Part shown: piece after piece, positions 11,925 to 23,942 of the stretch
Numbering within the stretch: the first letter of the stretch is position 1
Layout: each line of letters begins with the position of its first letter
From: Eledone cirrhosa
Taxonomy: Eukaryota
Direction: 5' to 3'
Assembly: GCA_964016885.1 (NCBI GenBank)
Contig: OZ024743.1
Location: 37,882,001-37,946,000 of the forward strand
Length of the DNA: 64,000 nt
Position numbers and translations under genes: made by a program
The notes under the pieces: generated by a model
Told to the model about the DNA's origin: nothing
The model's database searches: none
Seen by the model: only the letters and a program-made list of their open reading frames with translations

Positions 11925-13903
11925 TTACTTCTCTTCCGGGCTCTTGTGAAGGTCGGGTTGTTCGACCTCCATAATTGGTGGGGTTTCTTTTGGGAACCCC
12001 TTTAAAAGTCTTGAAGTGGGTTTTACGTTCGGGGTTCCCACGTCCCGAGGAAAGCTGTCTCGTATTTCTTTGTATAAATCGATCGACATTCGCACCAGAA
12101 CCAAATCTTCCGGCACGCGAAATGCGCTCGATTTAAAATTTCCGTCTCTTTTTGTATATTTTCACTTCGTGCTACGAGGGCCATCAGTTCCTTGTTGGCC
12201 CTCCTAACAAGCACGAAGTTTTGTATGTTTCGTTGGTGTGATTTTATTTGTTTGCGTGGCTGTGGTGGTGATGGTTTTGGTGGTGTTGTTTCGGTTGTGT
12301 CTCTGTTTGTTGTGAGTGCGGTGTCTGTGGTTTCAGATGTTTGTGTGTATATTTGTTCTTGCGTCTGTTTAGGTTGTTTGCGTTTGGAGGATTCTGGTGA
12401 TGGTGTTGGTGGTGTTGTTGTTGGTGTTATTGGAGAGATGTTTGCGTGGGTGGTGTCTGCGTTTTTTATTTTGGGTGATTTTGTGCTCTGTTGAGTTGTT
12501 TTTTTCTTTTTGTGTTTCCTTTTTTTGCATTTTGGGGGATTTTGGTTTTCCCTCATCTTCACTAGTGGTAGATGAGGGGTCTGTGTCTGTAAGTGTGTCT
12601 GTATGTATGTTTATGGTTTTATTGGTGTGTGTATTTTTTTTTGGGGGGGGGGATTTGACAGCTTCCCTCGTATCCCCCCTGGGTGGTCAATGTTGGTGGT
12701 GGTCTTTCTATTGGTGTTGTTGTTGGTGGTTATGCCGGTGCTTGTGTTGGTTGTGGTCCTCGCCCCGGCGTCAGCAGCAGTGGAGCCTTTCGACCCCTTG
12801 CCTTTAAGCAGTTGAGGGTAGAAAGCTCGCAAATGGGTTTTTTACCCACAAACAAAACACTGCGTCCTTTCACCTTCGGTCATAATGTGAATGACCGTAC
12901 CATTCTGAAGCCGGATGTGGTCCGGGATTGTCTTCACATTCTCGGGCCTGATCTGGAGAAGGATCTCCAGGTCAACGCCGTACCAGTCCTCTCTGACCGT
13001 TCTGGTCATTTCTATAGGGACGGTATCCGTCCCCTCCACTATCACACATCCCAGAAGCCACCACATGTAAAGTCCTGATGGGATTTTGGGAATGCGGAGA
13101 CGGGCCGTTCTTTTTCCCATGTGAAGGGGTACATTATGACCTTGCTGGTTTTGCAAGGAGTCGTAGCGTGTTTCATAGCGAGGGCTTCTGACTTGAACAA
13201 CACCGAAATGGTGTCGTACTGTCTGCCCCTCTCTATGTATTCGGTGACTTCTCTGATGCACCACAGCCGGACGTCGGCATCTTCTTGTGGGATTAAAGCT
13301 GCCCTTTGGTTGGAGCTGAGATGCATCTATAATGCACCTTTCTGCGCTCCACTGCCTCAATATCTTCTACCGAGACAGTTAAGTTGGCCCAGGTTTGCTC
13401 TTGCTTGATGAGCTTCCGTGCCAGGGCCAACTTTTCATCTTCGTTTGAGAGGTCCATGTTGAAGCATGGCCTCTTTTTTGCTGCTGTCGCAGCAAAGGTG
13501 TTCTTCTTGTTTTCGTTGGGGGTGTTGTTGTCGTTGTCGTTGTTCTTGTTGGTGTTGTTATCACTGTCGCTGTTATCATTGTTGTCTTTGTTGCCACCGT
13601 TGTTCTCGGTGCAGTTGGTATTGTTGGTGTTGTAGCTATTTGTTTTCATGTTAGTGGTGTTGATATTGTTGTTGCATATGTTATTATTATTTTTTTTTTG
13701 TTATATGTATTTTCGTTGTCGCTGTTACTGTCATTTTTCACAAAATTAGAGTTCTCATTGGTATCATTGGTGTCTTTGTTTACATTGTTTGTGGTGGTGT
13801 ATGTGTTATCAATTCGTGTTAATTTCTCTGTAGCGCTCTTCTCAACTTCTACTTCGTTGTGGCACGACAGCAGACATATCGCGGGAGGGCTTGGCTCAGC
13901 CAT
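11925..13903 (-). pseudogene. Tx1-like ORF1 (gag-like, zinc knuckle), frameshifted
   Basis: N/T-rich low-complexity segments and a CFVCG*KTHLRAF knuckle remnant, directly upstream of ORF2; split over several ORF-track entries. Confidence 0.7.
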
Positions 13904-14087
13904 GTATTTTTTTTCTCCGTAAATTTTTTAACATGTAAAAAAAAAGTTCAAATATTTGGGTCTAAAGGCCCAAATATTATACTTTCCCCTTCACAGGGCA
14001 ACGTCTAAGGGCTTATATCCCTTACACAACAAGAAATATTTAACAACAAATAATTTTAACAGGCAAATAAAGCGACTTACTGGGAGC

Positions 14088-14163
<76 letters not shown>
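14088..14163. repeat. (AAT)n microsatellite
   Basis: Seen directly, between head-to-head Tx1 and R4/Dong elements. Confidence 0.95.
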
Positions 14164-14164
<1 letters not shown>

Positions 14165-17100
14165 GAAGAAGAAGAAGGAAAGGGACCAGAACCAACTGGA
14201 CGCAAGAATTGAATAAAACTGTTATGCAATGTTACCTGAAGAGTAACCCCAAGAAAAAGGGCTATAGGAAACGGATGCATAACATCTGGAACGAGATTCG
14301 TCTATTTAAATTAGATGAACAAAAATTGGCCGGGCAGGATCGGATAATAAGAACTAATGGGTGGAAAAGCGAGCTGGAACTGGAAGAACTAAGCAGAGAG
14401 ATTAGGTTGGAAATGGAGAGTGGAGTATGCCAGGCAAACGAGCCAGGGGGAAATGAAGGTGAAGAGGTTGAGAGAACGGAGGATGCATTCGAAGCAGACA
14501 ATGATCTGAATGCTGAATAAATAATACCTGGAACAAAGAAACGGCCATTGAGGAAATGAATGCTGACGGGCTAAGACAAGATTTGGTTGATATCCTAAAC
14601 CTAGTGGTAGATGAAATGAACAATGATAGTGGGAAACGTATGAACCTAAGATTTGTAGACAGGAAAAAGTTAAAAGAAACAACAGCTAAGGTAAACAAAG
14701 TCATCCCATATCTTCAGGCGAGGAACCTTCACCAGTGCAACAATATCCTCAAATCAACAGCAAATGCGATGAGTAAAGATCAGAGCCGTGGTGGAAGAAA
14801 CGACTGAATGGTCAAATCAGGGAAATGAGAAATGATATTGGAAAGCTTGAGTCCCTACTGAATGGGACACTACAAAACATAGACACTAAACATAGACTGG
14901 AAATAAAGTACAAAACTAGGAGAAAGCTAAATATTATCATAGAGGAACTGAAGCAAGGCATTTTAGCAAAGAGCGCAAAGATTAGGCGATACGAGAGCAG
15001 AGTCAGTCAGTATAGACAGAACCGCATGTTTGATAACAACCAGAAGATGTTGTTTGGACAGCTTAAAGGGAAAGAAAGAGGCAACGACTTGATCCCTGAG
15101 GCGGAACAAACTAAGACATTCTGGAGAGGAATATGGGAGCAGGATGTTAAACATAATGATCAGGCAGTGTGGATTGAGACAGTAGAAAAGGAGATTAGTG
15201 AACAGGCACACCAACAGACTGATATGACTGGTATCACAGTTGAAACTCTTAAGGGGCAGGCCAGAAAACTAACCAACTGGAAATCATCAGGCCCAGATGG
15301 TGTGCAGGAGTATTGGATTAAAAATATACATCCTTCCACCTGAAACTAACAGCCACGTTCAATGACTGCTTGATGTCAAGTGAGGTACCAGAGTGGTTGA
15401 CAAAAGGTTCCACAGTTCTGGTAATGAAAGACCGAACCAAGGGTAATGATGTTACCAACTATAGATCTATCACATGTCTGTCCGTAATGTGGAAACTGTT
15501 AACAAGCATTGTCTGAGGAAATATATCATCACTTCCACGTAAACAACTTGTTACCGGACGAATAGAAAGGATGCCGAAAGATGTCCCGGGGTACAAAGGA
15601 GCAGTTACTTATTGATAAGATGGTAATGAGGAATTGCAGGAGGAGTCACACTGATCTTGCCATGGGATGGATAGACTACAAAAAGGCATTCGACATGGTA
15701 CCTCATTCTTGGATAACCAAAAGGCTAGAGATCTTCAAGGTTGCAGATAACATCAGACAGTTGTTGAGCAAAAGTATGAAGTCCTGGAAAACAGAGTTAA
15801 CATCGGGCGGAGAATCCTTGGGAAGCGTGAAGATCAAGAGAAGTATCTTAGGGAGATAGTTTGTTCCCTCTGTTTTTTGTCCTTGCCCAGATCTCCCTGA
15901 CCATTATGCTGCGACAGGTGAGAGCAGAATACAGGTTGGGAAAGGGAGAGCTTACCCTCTATCACCTTCTCTTCATGGACGATCTTAAGCTCTTCGGGAA
16001 GAGTGAGAATGAGTTGGATGTGCTTATTGACACTGTCCATATTTTCAGCAATGATATATGTATGCAATTAGGTATTAGTAAGTGTGGAGTCCTTGTGATG
16101 AAGGGGGTAAATTGAGCAGAAGCAACGGAATCCAGGAACCAACAGGTGAGATGAAAAAGGAAATTGATACTGAAGAAGGATCCAAATATTTAAGTGTTCT
16201 GGAGGCTGATGATATCAAGACCAAAAAAATGAAGGAATTGATAAGATCTGAATATATTCGGAGAGTAAGGAGCGTATTGAAGTCACATCTGAACAATAGG
16301 AATGCCATAAGTGCAGTACATTCCCGAGCTATGTCTATTATTAGCTACAGTGCGGGAATTCTGAGATGGAATGTTGCTGAACAAAAAGAAACGGATAGGA
16401 AGACTAGGAAGCTATTGACTATCTACAACATGTTCCAGAAGTGGAGTGATGTCGATATACTCTACTTAAGGAGATCTGAAGGTGGAAGGTGTCTTATCAG
16501 CATAGTGGTCTGTGTTCAGATTGAGAAAAACAACCTGCACAAATACTGAAGGAGAAGACAATGACCAGGGAATGTCCAAGGAGGAAATAACAACAAGGAG
16601 GAAGAGTAACCTTCATGAAAAATCCCTTCATAGTAACTTCTTTGAGAAAACTGAATTTAGAGATCCACAGACATTGAACTGGTTGAAAAGAGGAGACCTT
16701 AAAAAGGCTACAGAAGGAATGCTAATGGCTGCGCAAGAGCATGCCCTCAAAACGAAGTGGGTGAAACACCATATTTACAAGAAGGAGGCTAGCCCACTGT
16801 GTAGGATCTGTGGATAGAGAGAAAGGCGACTGTGACTCACATTGTATCCGAGTGTAAACACCTAGCCCAGACTCACTATAAAGACTGGAGACATGATGTG
16901 ATGGGCAGGGTGATCCACTGGCACCTATGCAAAGTAAACAATTTACCACATTCTGAGAAGTGGTATGAGCATAAGCCAGAGTCGGTGATAGCAAACCATC
17001 AGCTGAAGGTGCTGTGGGATCTTAGGATGCAGATGGAGAAAAAACTGGAACACAATAGACGTGCCTGATTGTGGATGTAGCTTGCCCATTCGACACGAGA

Positions 17101-17415
17101 GTGCAAGAGAGGGAGAGGGAGAAAATTAACCGATACCAGGAATTAAAGTGGGAGGTAAAAAGGATTTGGAACTGCCATGAAGTCAAAGTGGTGCCGATTG
17201 TCATAGGCGCACTAGGAACTATCTCAAAGAGTTTCCAAGGATGGTTAAAGAAAGTTAGTCCAGCCCCGCTTTTTGGAACATTTCAAAAGGCATGCTTGCT
17301 GGGAACAGCAAGAACCCTCCGATACGTCTTGAATATCTGAGGCTGCAGGTAGTGGCTTCATATTCATTTCAACAAACTTTCCAGTTAAATAACATCAATC
17401 ACTGAGACTCAAAGA
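14164..17415 (+). mobile_element. R4/Dong-clade element, copy B (near full coding length, decayed)
   Basis: N-terminus WTQELNKTVMQCYLKSNPKKKGYRKRMHNIW..EQKLAGQ, then RT, CRICG..HIVSEC, RHD and REL; ends LRYVLNI* at 17340. Confidence 0.92.
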
Positions 17416-17436
17416 ACAATACTACTAATAATAATA

Positions 17437-17492
<56 letters not shown>

Positions 17493-17495
<3 letters not shown>

Positions 17496-19723
17496 CTAAC
17501 CAACTGGAAATCACCAGGCCCAGATGGTGTGCAGGGGTATTGGATTAAACATTTAACATCCCTCCACCCGAAGCTGACGGCCATGTTCAATGACTGCTTG
17601 GTGTCGGGTGAGGTGCCAGAGTGGTTGACAAAAGGTACCACAGTTCTGATAATGAAAGACCGAATCAAGGGTAATGATGTTACCAACTATAGACCTATCA
17701 CATGTCTGCCCGTAATGTGGAAACTGTTGACGAGCATTGTGTCTGAGGAAATCTACCATCACCTCCACACAAACAACTTGTTACCGGACGAACAGAAAGG
17801 ATGCCGAAAGAAGTCACGTGGTACAAAGGACCAGTTGCTTATTGATAAGATGGTAATGGGGAATTGCAGGAGGAGACACACTGATCTTGCCATGGGATGG
17901 ATAGACTACAGAAAGGCATTTGACATGGTGCCTCATTCCTGGATCACCAAAAGCCTGGAGGTCTTCAGGGTGGCAGATAACATCAGACAGTTGCTGGGCA
18001 GGAGTATGGGGTCCTGGGAGACAGAGTTGACATCAACTGGAGTATCCTTGGGTAGCGTGAAGATCAAGAGAGGTATCTTCCAGGGAGATAGCCTGTCCCC
18101 TCTGTTGTTTGTCCTTGCCCTGATGCCCTTGACCATTATGCTGCTAAAAGTGAGAGCAGGATACAAGTTGGGAAGGGGAGAGCTTACCATCAATCACCTC
18201 CTCTTCATGGACGATCTTAAGCTCTTCGGGAAAAGTGAGAAGGAGTTGGATGTGCTTGTTGACACTGTCCGTATTTTCAGCAGTGATATATGTATGCAGT
18301 TTGGTATTGGTAAATGTGGAGTCATTGTGATGAAGAGGGGTAGGTTGAGCAGAAGTAACGGGATCCAGATACCAACAGGTGAGATGATAAAGGAAAAGGA
18401 AATTGACTCTGAGGAAGGATACAAGTATTTGGGCGTTCTGGAGGCTGATGGCATAAATAACAAAAAAATGAAGGAATTGTTAAGAACTGAATACATTCGG
18501 AGAGTAAGGAGCGTATTGAAGTCACATCTGAACAGCAGAAATGCCATAAGCGCAGTAAATTCCCGAGCTGTGTCTATTATTAGGTACAGTGCGGGAATTC
18601 TGAGATGGAATGTTGCTGAACAAAAAGAAATGGATAGGAAGACTAGGAAGCTATTGACTATCTACAACATGTTCCACAAGAGGAGTGATGTCGATAGACT
18701 CTACCTAAGGAGATCTGAGGGTGGAAGAGGTCTTATCAGCATAGAGGACTGTGTTCAGATGGAGAAAAACAACCTATACAAATACGTGACCTATAGTAAG
18801 GAGCCAATGCTCAGAACTGTACTGAAGGAGGGGACAGTAGGCCAGGGGATGTCCAAGGAGGAAATAACATCAAGGAGGAAGAGCAGCCTTAAGGGAAAAT
18901 CCCTTCATAGTACCTTCTTTGAGAAAACTGAATTTAGAGATCCACAGACATGGAACTGGTTGAGAAGAGGAGACCTCAAAAAGGCTACAGAAGGAATGTT
19001 AATGGCTGCGCAGGAGCAGGCCCTCAAAACGAAGTGGTTGCAGCACCATATCTACAAGGAGGAGGCTAGCCCACTGTGCAGGATCTGTGGAGAGAGAGAG
19101 GAGACTGTGGCTCACATTGTGTCCGAGTGTAAACACCTAGCCCAGACCCACTATAAGGGCTGGAGACACGATGTGATGGGCAGGGTGATCCACTGGCACC
19201 TGTGCAAAGTAAACAATCTACCACATTCTGAGAAATGGTATGAGCATAGGCCAGAGGCGGTGATGGAGAACAGTCAGGTGAAGGTGCTGTGGGATTTTAG
19301 GATACAGACGGACAAAAAACTGGAACACAATAGACCTGACCTGGTGGTTGTGGACAAAGAAAAAAGATCGTGCCTGATTGTGGATGTGGCCTGCCCGTTC
19401 GACACGAGAGTGCAAGAGAAGGAGAGGGAGAAAATTAACCGATACCAGGACCTAAAGTGGGAGGTGAAAAGGATTTGGAACTGCCATGAAGTCAAAGTGA
19501 TCCCGATTGTCATAGGCGCACTGGGGACTATCTCCAAAGGTTTCCAGGGATGGTTAAAGAAAATCGGCCCCTTCACGCTTTTTGGAACGCTTCAAAAGGC
19601 ATGCTTGCTTGGAACAGCAAGAACCCTCCGATACGTCCTGAATATCTGAGGCTGCAGGTAGTGGCTTGATATTCAATCCAACGGACTTTCCAGTTAACCA
19701 ACATCAATGACTGAGATTCAAGG
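17493..19723 (+). mobile_element. R4/Dong-clade element, copy C (5'-truncated, young)
   Basis: Flanked by (AAT)n on both sides with an uninterrupted ORF. Confidence 0.95.
17529..19649 (+). CDS. Reverse transcriptase + CCHC + restriction-like endonuclease of copy C (706 aa, lacks the natural N-terminus)
   Basis: [72 protein letters not shown]...EK..RY. The open frame starts upstream at the truncation point. Confidence 0.9.
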   Translation: MQGYWIKHLTSLHPKLTAMFNDCLVSGEVPEWLTKGTTVLIMKDRIKGNDVTNYRPITCLPVMWKLLTSIVSEEIYHHLHTNNLLPDEQKGCRKKSRGTKDQLLIDKMVMGNCRRRHTDLAMGWIDYRKAFDMVPHSWITKSLEVFRVADNIRQLLGRSMGSWETELTSTGVSLGSVKIKRGIFQGDSLSPLLFVLALMPLTIMLLKVRAGYKLGRGELTINHLLFMDDLKLFGKSEKELDVLVDTVRIFSSDICMQFGIGKCGVIVMKRGRLSRSNGIQIPTGEMIKEKEIDSEEGYKYLGVLEADGINNKKMKELLRTEYIRRVRSVLKSHLNSRNAISAVNSRAVSIIRYSAGILRWNVAEQKEMDRKTRKLLTIYNMFHKRSDVDRLYLRRSEGGRGLISIEDCVQMEKNNLYKYVTYSKEPMLRTVLKEGTVGQGMSKEEITSRRKSSLKGKSLHSTFFEKTEFRDPQTWNWLRRGDLKKATEGMLMAAQEQALKTKWLQHHIYKEEASPLCRICGEREETVAHIVSECKHLAQTHYKGWRHDVMGRVIHWHLCKVNNLPHSEKWYEHRPEAVMENSQVKVLWDFRIQTDKKLEHNRPDLVVVDKEKRSCLIVDVACPFDTRVQEKEREKINRYQDLKWEVKRIWNCHEVKVIPIVIGALGTISKGFQGWLKKIGPFTLFGTLQKACLLGTARTLRYVLNI

Positions 19724-19768
19724 AATAACAATAACAATAATAATAATAATAATAAATAATAATAATAA

Positions 19769-20203
19769 GTGGGATTTTAGGATACAGACGGACAAAAAAC
19801 TGGAACACAATAGACCTGACATGGTGGTTGTGGACAAAGAAAAAAGATCGTGTCTGATTGTGGATGTGGCCTGCCCGTTCGACACGAGGGTGCAAGAGAA
19901 GGAGAGGGAGAAAATTAACCGATACCAGGACCTAAAGTGGGAGGTGAAAAGGATTTGGAACTGCCATGAAGTCAAAGTGATCCCGATTGTCATAGGCGCA
20001 CTGGGGACTATCTCCAAAGGTTTCCAGGGATGGTTAAAGAAAATCGGCCCCTTCACGCTTTTTGGAACGCTTCAAAAGGCATGCTTGCTTGGAACAGCAA
20101 GAACCCTCCGATACGTCCTGAATATCTGAGGCTGCAGGTAGTGGCTTGATATTCAATCCAACGGACTTTCCAGTTAACCAACATCAATGACTGAGATTCA
20201 AGG
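19769..20203 (+). mobile_element. R4/Dong 3' fragment, copy D (~435 bp)
   Basis: Near-identical to the last ~435 bp of copy C; 480-bp period with copy E. Confidence 0.95.
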
Positions 20204-20248
20204 AATAACAATAACAATAATAATAATAATAATAAATAATAATAATAA

Positions 20249-20683
20249 GTGGGATTTTAGGATACAGACGGACAAAAAACTGGAACACAATAGACCTGAC
20301 ATGGTGGTTGTGGACAAAGAAAAAAGATCGTGTCTGATTGCGGATGTGGCCTGCCCGTTCGACACGAGGGTGCAAGAGAAGGAGAGGGAGAAAATTAACC
20401 GATACCAGGACCTAAAGTGGGAGGTGAAAAGGATTTGGAACTGCCATGAAGTCAAAGTGATCCCGATTGTCATAGGCACACTGGGGACTATCTCCAAAAG
20501 TTTCCAGGGATGGTTAAAGAAAATCGGCCCCTTCACGCTTTTTGGAACGCTTCAAAAGGCATGCTTGCTTGGAACAGCAAGAACCCTCCGATACGTCCTG
20601 AATATCTGAGGCTGCAGGTAGTGGCTTGATATTCAATCCAACGGACTTTCCAGTTAACCAACATCAATGACTGAGATTCAAGG
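20249..20683 (+). mobile_element. R4/Dong 3' fragment, copy E (~435 bp)
   Basis: Same 5' breakpoint as D; followed by (AAT)n(GAT)n. Confidence 0.95.
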
Positions 20684-20692
20684 AATAACAAC

Positions 20693-20730
<38 letters not shown>

Positions 20731-22064
20731 TGATGATGATATGAAAAACCATATGATATGCTCTGTTATCCTGTTATCAATCATGTTCTACTGTCACATA
20801 CAAATTGTTTGGGATATACAATTACATATCGATACCATACGTGTTTTGATTGCGTTAACAGAAACATTTTGTTTCCATCTTATTGTTGTCGTGTTCTTGC
20901 TTATTGAGGTTTGCCTACCTTATATTATGTCAAATAGGAACCTCATAATATATCCATCTCCAGAAAGTATTGCGAAAATTAATTCAAATTATTTCATATG
21001 GAATTTCATTAGTGATTACATTTGTAATTTCATTAGTGATTTCATACATAATTTCACAATAACAGTCGCACATTTAATTCAATCTTCAGAATTAAATGTC
21101 ATTTTCTGGTGTAGCTATATACAGCACATTCACAAATTATATGGGATTATTTTCAACAAATATCTATATTATAATATTCCATTTTAAGTAAAATCATAAA
21201 ATTTACAAATATTTTCTGTATGAATCTCCATGATTTGAAACATACTTCAAATAAATAAAACTGACGACCCGCAGAACTTCCCAAAATGAAGCTAGACGTG
21301 ACAAATCGTAGGAGGAATTCAGATAAATTTCTACATACAACGATTTGTCACTCGAAATATTTGCTTTTAATCATTTTCTAAAATTAAGTTTCTCCCCATT
21401 TCTATCCGTATAACAATATTACCGTGATTTCAGTCAGCTCTGAACACACATGCAATCTAAGTAAAAATAACGTTTCATGAAATATAAATAAACTTCTAAA
21501 TTAGATTCATGCTCGGGTTTAAAGTTAGGTGAAAGGTGTTGTGTAGATGTGGGTTCTGACACCATAAACTGGTTAAATTCTAATTACTTTCCAGTAAACG
21601 AAATCATATTGACATAAAATGTTTGTTAATCTATAGCTTATAAATGACATTTACCGAGAAAATAATTTTATACAAACTACTATAAATGGCTTTAGGTTGC
21701 TCGTTGAAGATATTTCCTCAATTCTAAAAGGAACAAAAATGTGGCAATATATATAAAGCTAATTAGTAATATATATATATATATAATTTTGCAAATGCAG
21801 TGGTAATGTAGTTAGTCTGCATCGGCGTGGTACTGGGATATAAAAAAAGAAAACCTATTTGTGGAGTGCAAAATGAAGTAATGTCAGAAATTTCAAAGAT
21901 ACTACAGTCTCTTCTGAGCACATGCATATATATATATATATATGTATATGCGATGTATATTAATGCGATGAAATACCAATGATCGTTGGCAAATCACTGA
22001 TGAGGGACTCATTTTATAACATGTAAATCCATGTGCAACCATGCAGTATTCTTCTCCCCATATT

Positions 22065-22109
<45 letters not shown>

Positions 22110-22113
<4 letters not shown>

Positions 22114-22712
22114 CTGCCAACTTGTTTTCGAGTACGGCCACTACTTTATATCCATGTAGGAGAACCCCTACCAATGCGCTGAACGAGTGTGACTTTTTAG
22201 TCCAGCCAGTGACTTGAAAACACTCGTACAAACACTACACTTGTGACAATTATTGACACATAGTGCTGGGCCCATGGTACCATGTGACGACAATTGCAGA
22301 GAGATCTCCAGATATAAAGCAATGCCTGTCCCGTGAAGCTTTTATAGTGAGCAAAGGCACTGCACAAAGCCAGTCCCACTCTCTTTACCAAGATGATATT
22401 TACCAAAAAGAAGAACAAGTCAACATCATTGGACACCATCAGGGTTGCAGGTGTTATATCAGAGTTTTCCTTCTCCTAGAATTCGGCCTTGACAAAGGCT
22501 AAGGGGTCATCTCTCCCGGTGATTTTGGATGGCCATTGACTCTTAAGAGCTCCTTTGCCCTTTGACAGGTTTTGTTTTTCGTCATGCAGGATGTCCAAAG
22601 TCACCCTCCTCACCAAGAAACCTTGGTGGGGTTGCCAGTTTAGTCGCCAACGACCCGACCATGTGACAGGTTGAACTGGGATACATGTTATCAGTAGCAC
22701 CAACTGGTGACC
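22110..22712 (-). mobile_element. Short non-autonomous RTE-derived element (5' UTR joined to 3' end) in (TA)n
   Basis: The minus strand carries tctaggagaaggaaaactctga, which I recall as typical of RTE 5' regions, and a terminal C2H2 remnant HKCSVCTSVFKSLAGLKSHTRSAH. No RT. Confidence 0.55.
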
Positions 22713-22759
22713 ATATATATGTATATGTATATATGTATATATATATGTATATATATATG

Positions 22760-22798
<39 letters not shown>

Positions 22799-22813
22799 GT
22801 ATATATATATATG

Positions 22814-22884
<71 letters not shown>

Positions 22885-22895
22885 GTATTTATATA

Positions 22896-22982
<87 letters not shown>

Positions 22983-23282
22983 TAACAGATTAAAGTTTAA
23001 GCAAAGAATCGCTGCTTTCACCCTTAACGGGATCTTCTGAAACTCAGCATACGTCTACACATATTAATATTATAATGCTCAGTATTTATACTTTGAGCTT
23101 GTTAATTGCAGGGTATCTATATGAATTAATAACTCTATATTTTATCTGTTGAGCTTATAAAAATGAGTGTAAATAGGCTATTATTTCTAGCATAACCACT
23201 CGCACCGCATATGACTTTCAACGCACGAGGTGTAAACATTAGTGAGTTTATTGTTATAGCTGTTATGTAACATTTAGTCTTA

Positions 23283-23372
23283 TCTCTCGCTGACGAAATG
23301 CCTACGGATTACTTGTTACAAACACGATTCACACAGGGCGAAACAGATTAAATCTTTAGTCTGTCCGGGAGA
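23283..23372 (+). ncRNA. Type I hammerhead ribozyme candidate with full stem III
   Basis: Stem I TCTCTCG/CGGGAGA; core CTGACGA; stem II GCC..GGC after a 3-nt AAT insert; GAAA; stem III CAGATTAAA/TTTAGTCTG; GTC cleavage triplet. Confidence 0.75.
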
Positions 23373-23523
23373 AGAAATGGTTATTGATATGGTATGTATG
23401 AGAAATCTTGTAAGACATCTTGTAACTTCCCATATGATTCAGGTTGAATGATATATAACATTTGTGGTTTAATCTACCCTAGTAATTTTAGAAACGGGTT
23501 TACTGTGTTTACTTCTACACATA

Positions 23524-23563
<40 letters not shown>

Positions 23564-23911
23564 TGCGTGTGTGTGCGTGTGTATATTTATTTATATAAAA
23601 GACAACGAAAGAACAGACTATACATAATGTTTTAAATATTGCAAAATCATAGTACGTATTTCTATGGCATAGTTACAACATCAGCTCATGATGTAAGACT
23701 TTGTGGATGTCATCAAATGTAGATTGCAAAGATTAGGTAATCAATAACAAGATTACGGCAAACAGAAAAGAGAATAGACTTGATTCGGAAAGTTTTTGTC
23801 GCAAAAAATCACCGATGTCACTGGCTCCAGAGTTACAAAACTCACTATTTCGACACAAAAAAATGAACACACACACGCGCGCAGGCTCTGGCCCACACAC
23901 ACACATGTATG

Positions 23912-23939
<28 letters not shown>

Positions 23940-23942
<3 letters not shown>

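Larger units (their letters stand above)
8207..14087 (-). mobile_element. Near full-length Tx1-like (L1 group) LINE, decayed
   Basis: 5' UTR, ORF1 (~13903-11925) and ORF2 with APE, RT and a C-terminal Zn motif. AATAAA at 8211-8216 on minus. Both ends lie in AAT/ATT repeats. Confidence 0.9.

Noticed and set aside
21996-22030. ctgatgaggg..taacatgta HHR-like string
   Set aside because: GAAA is missing and there is no stem II.
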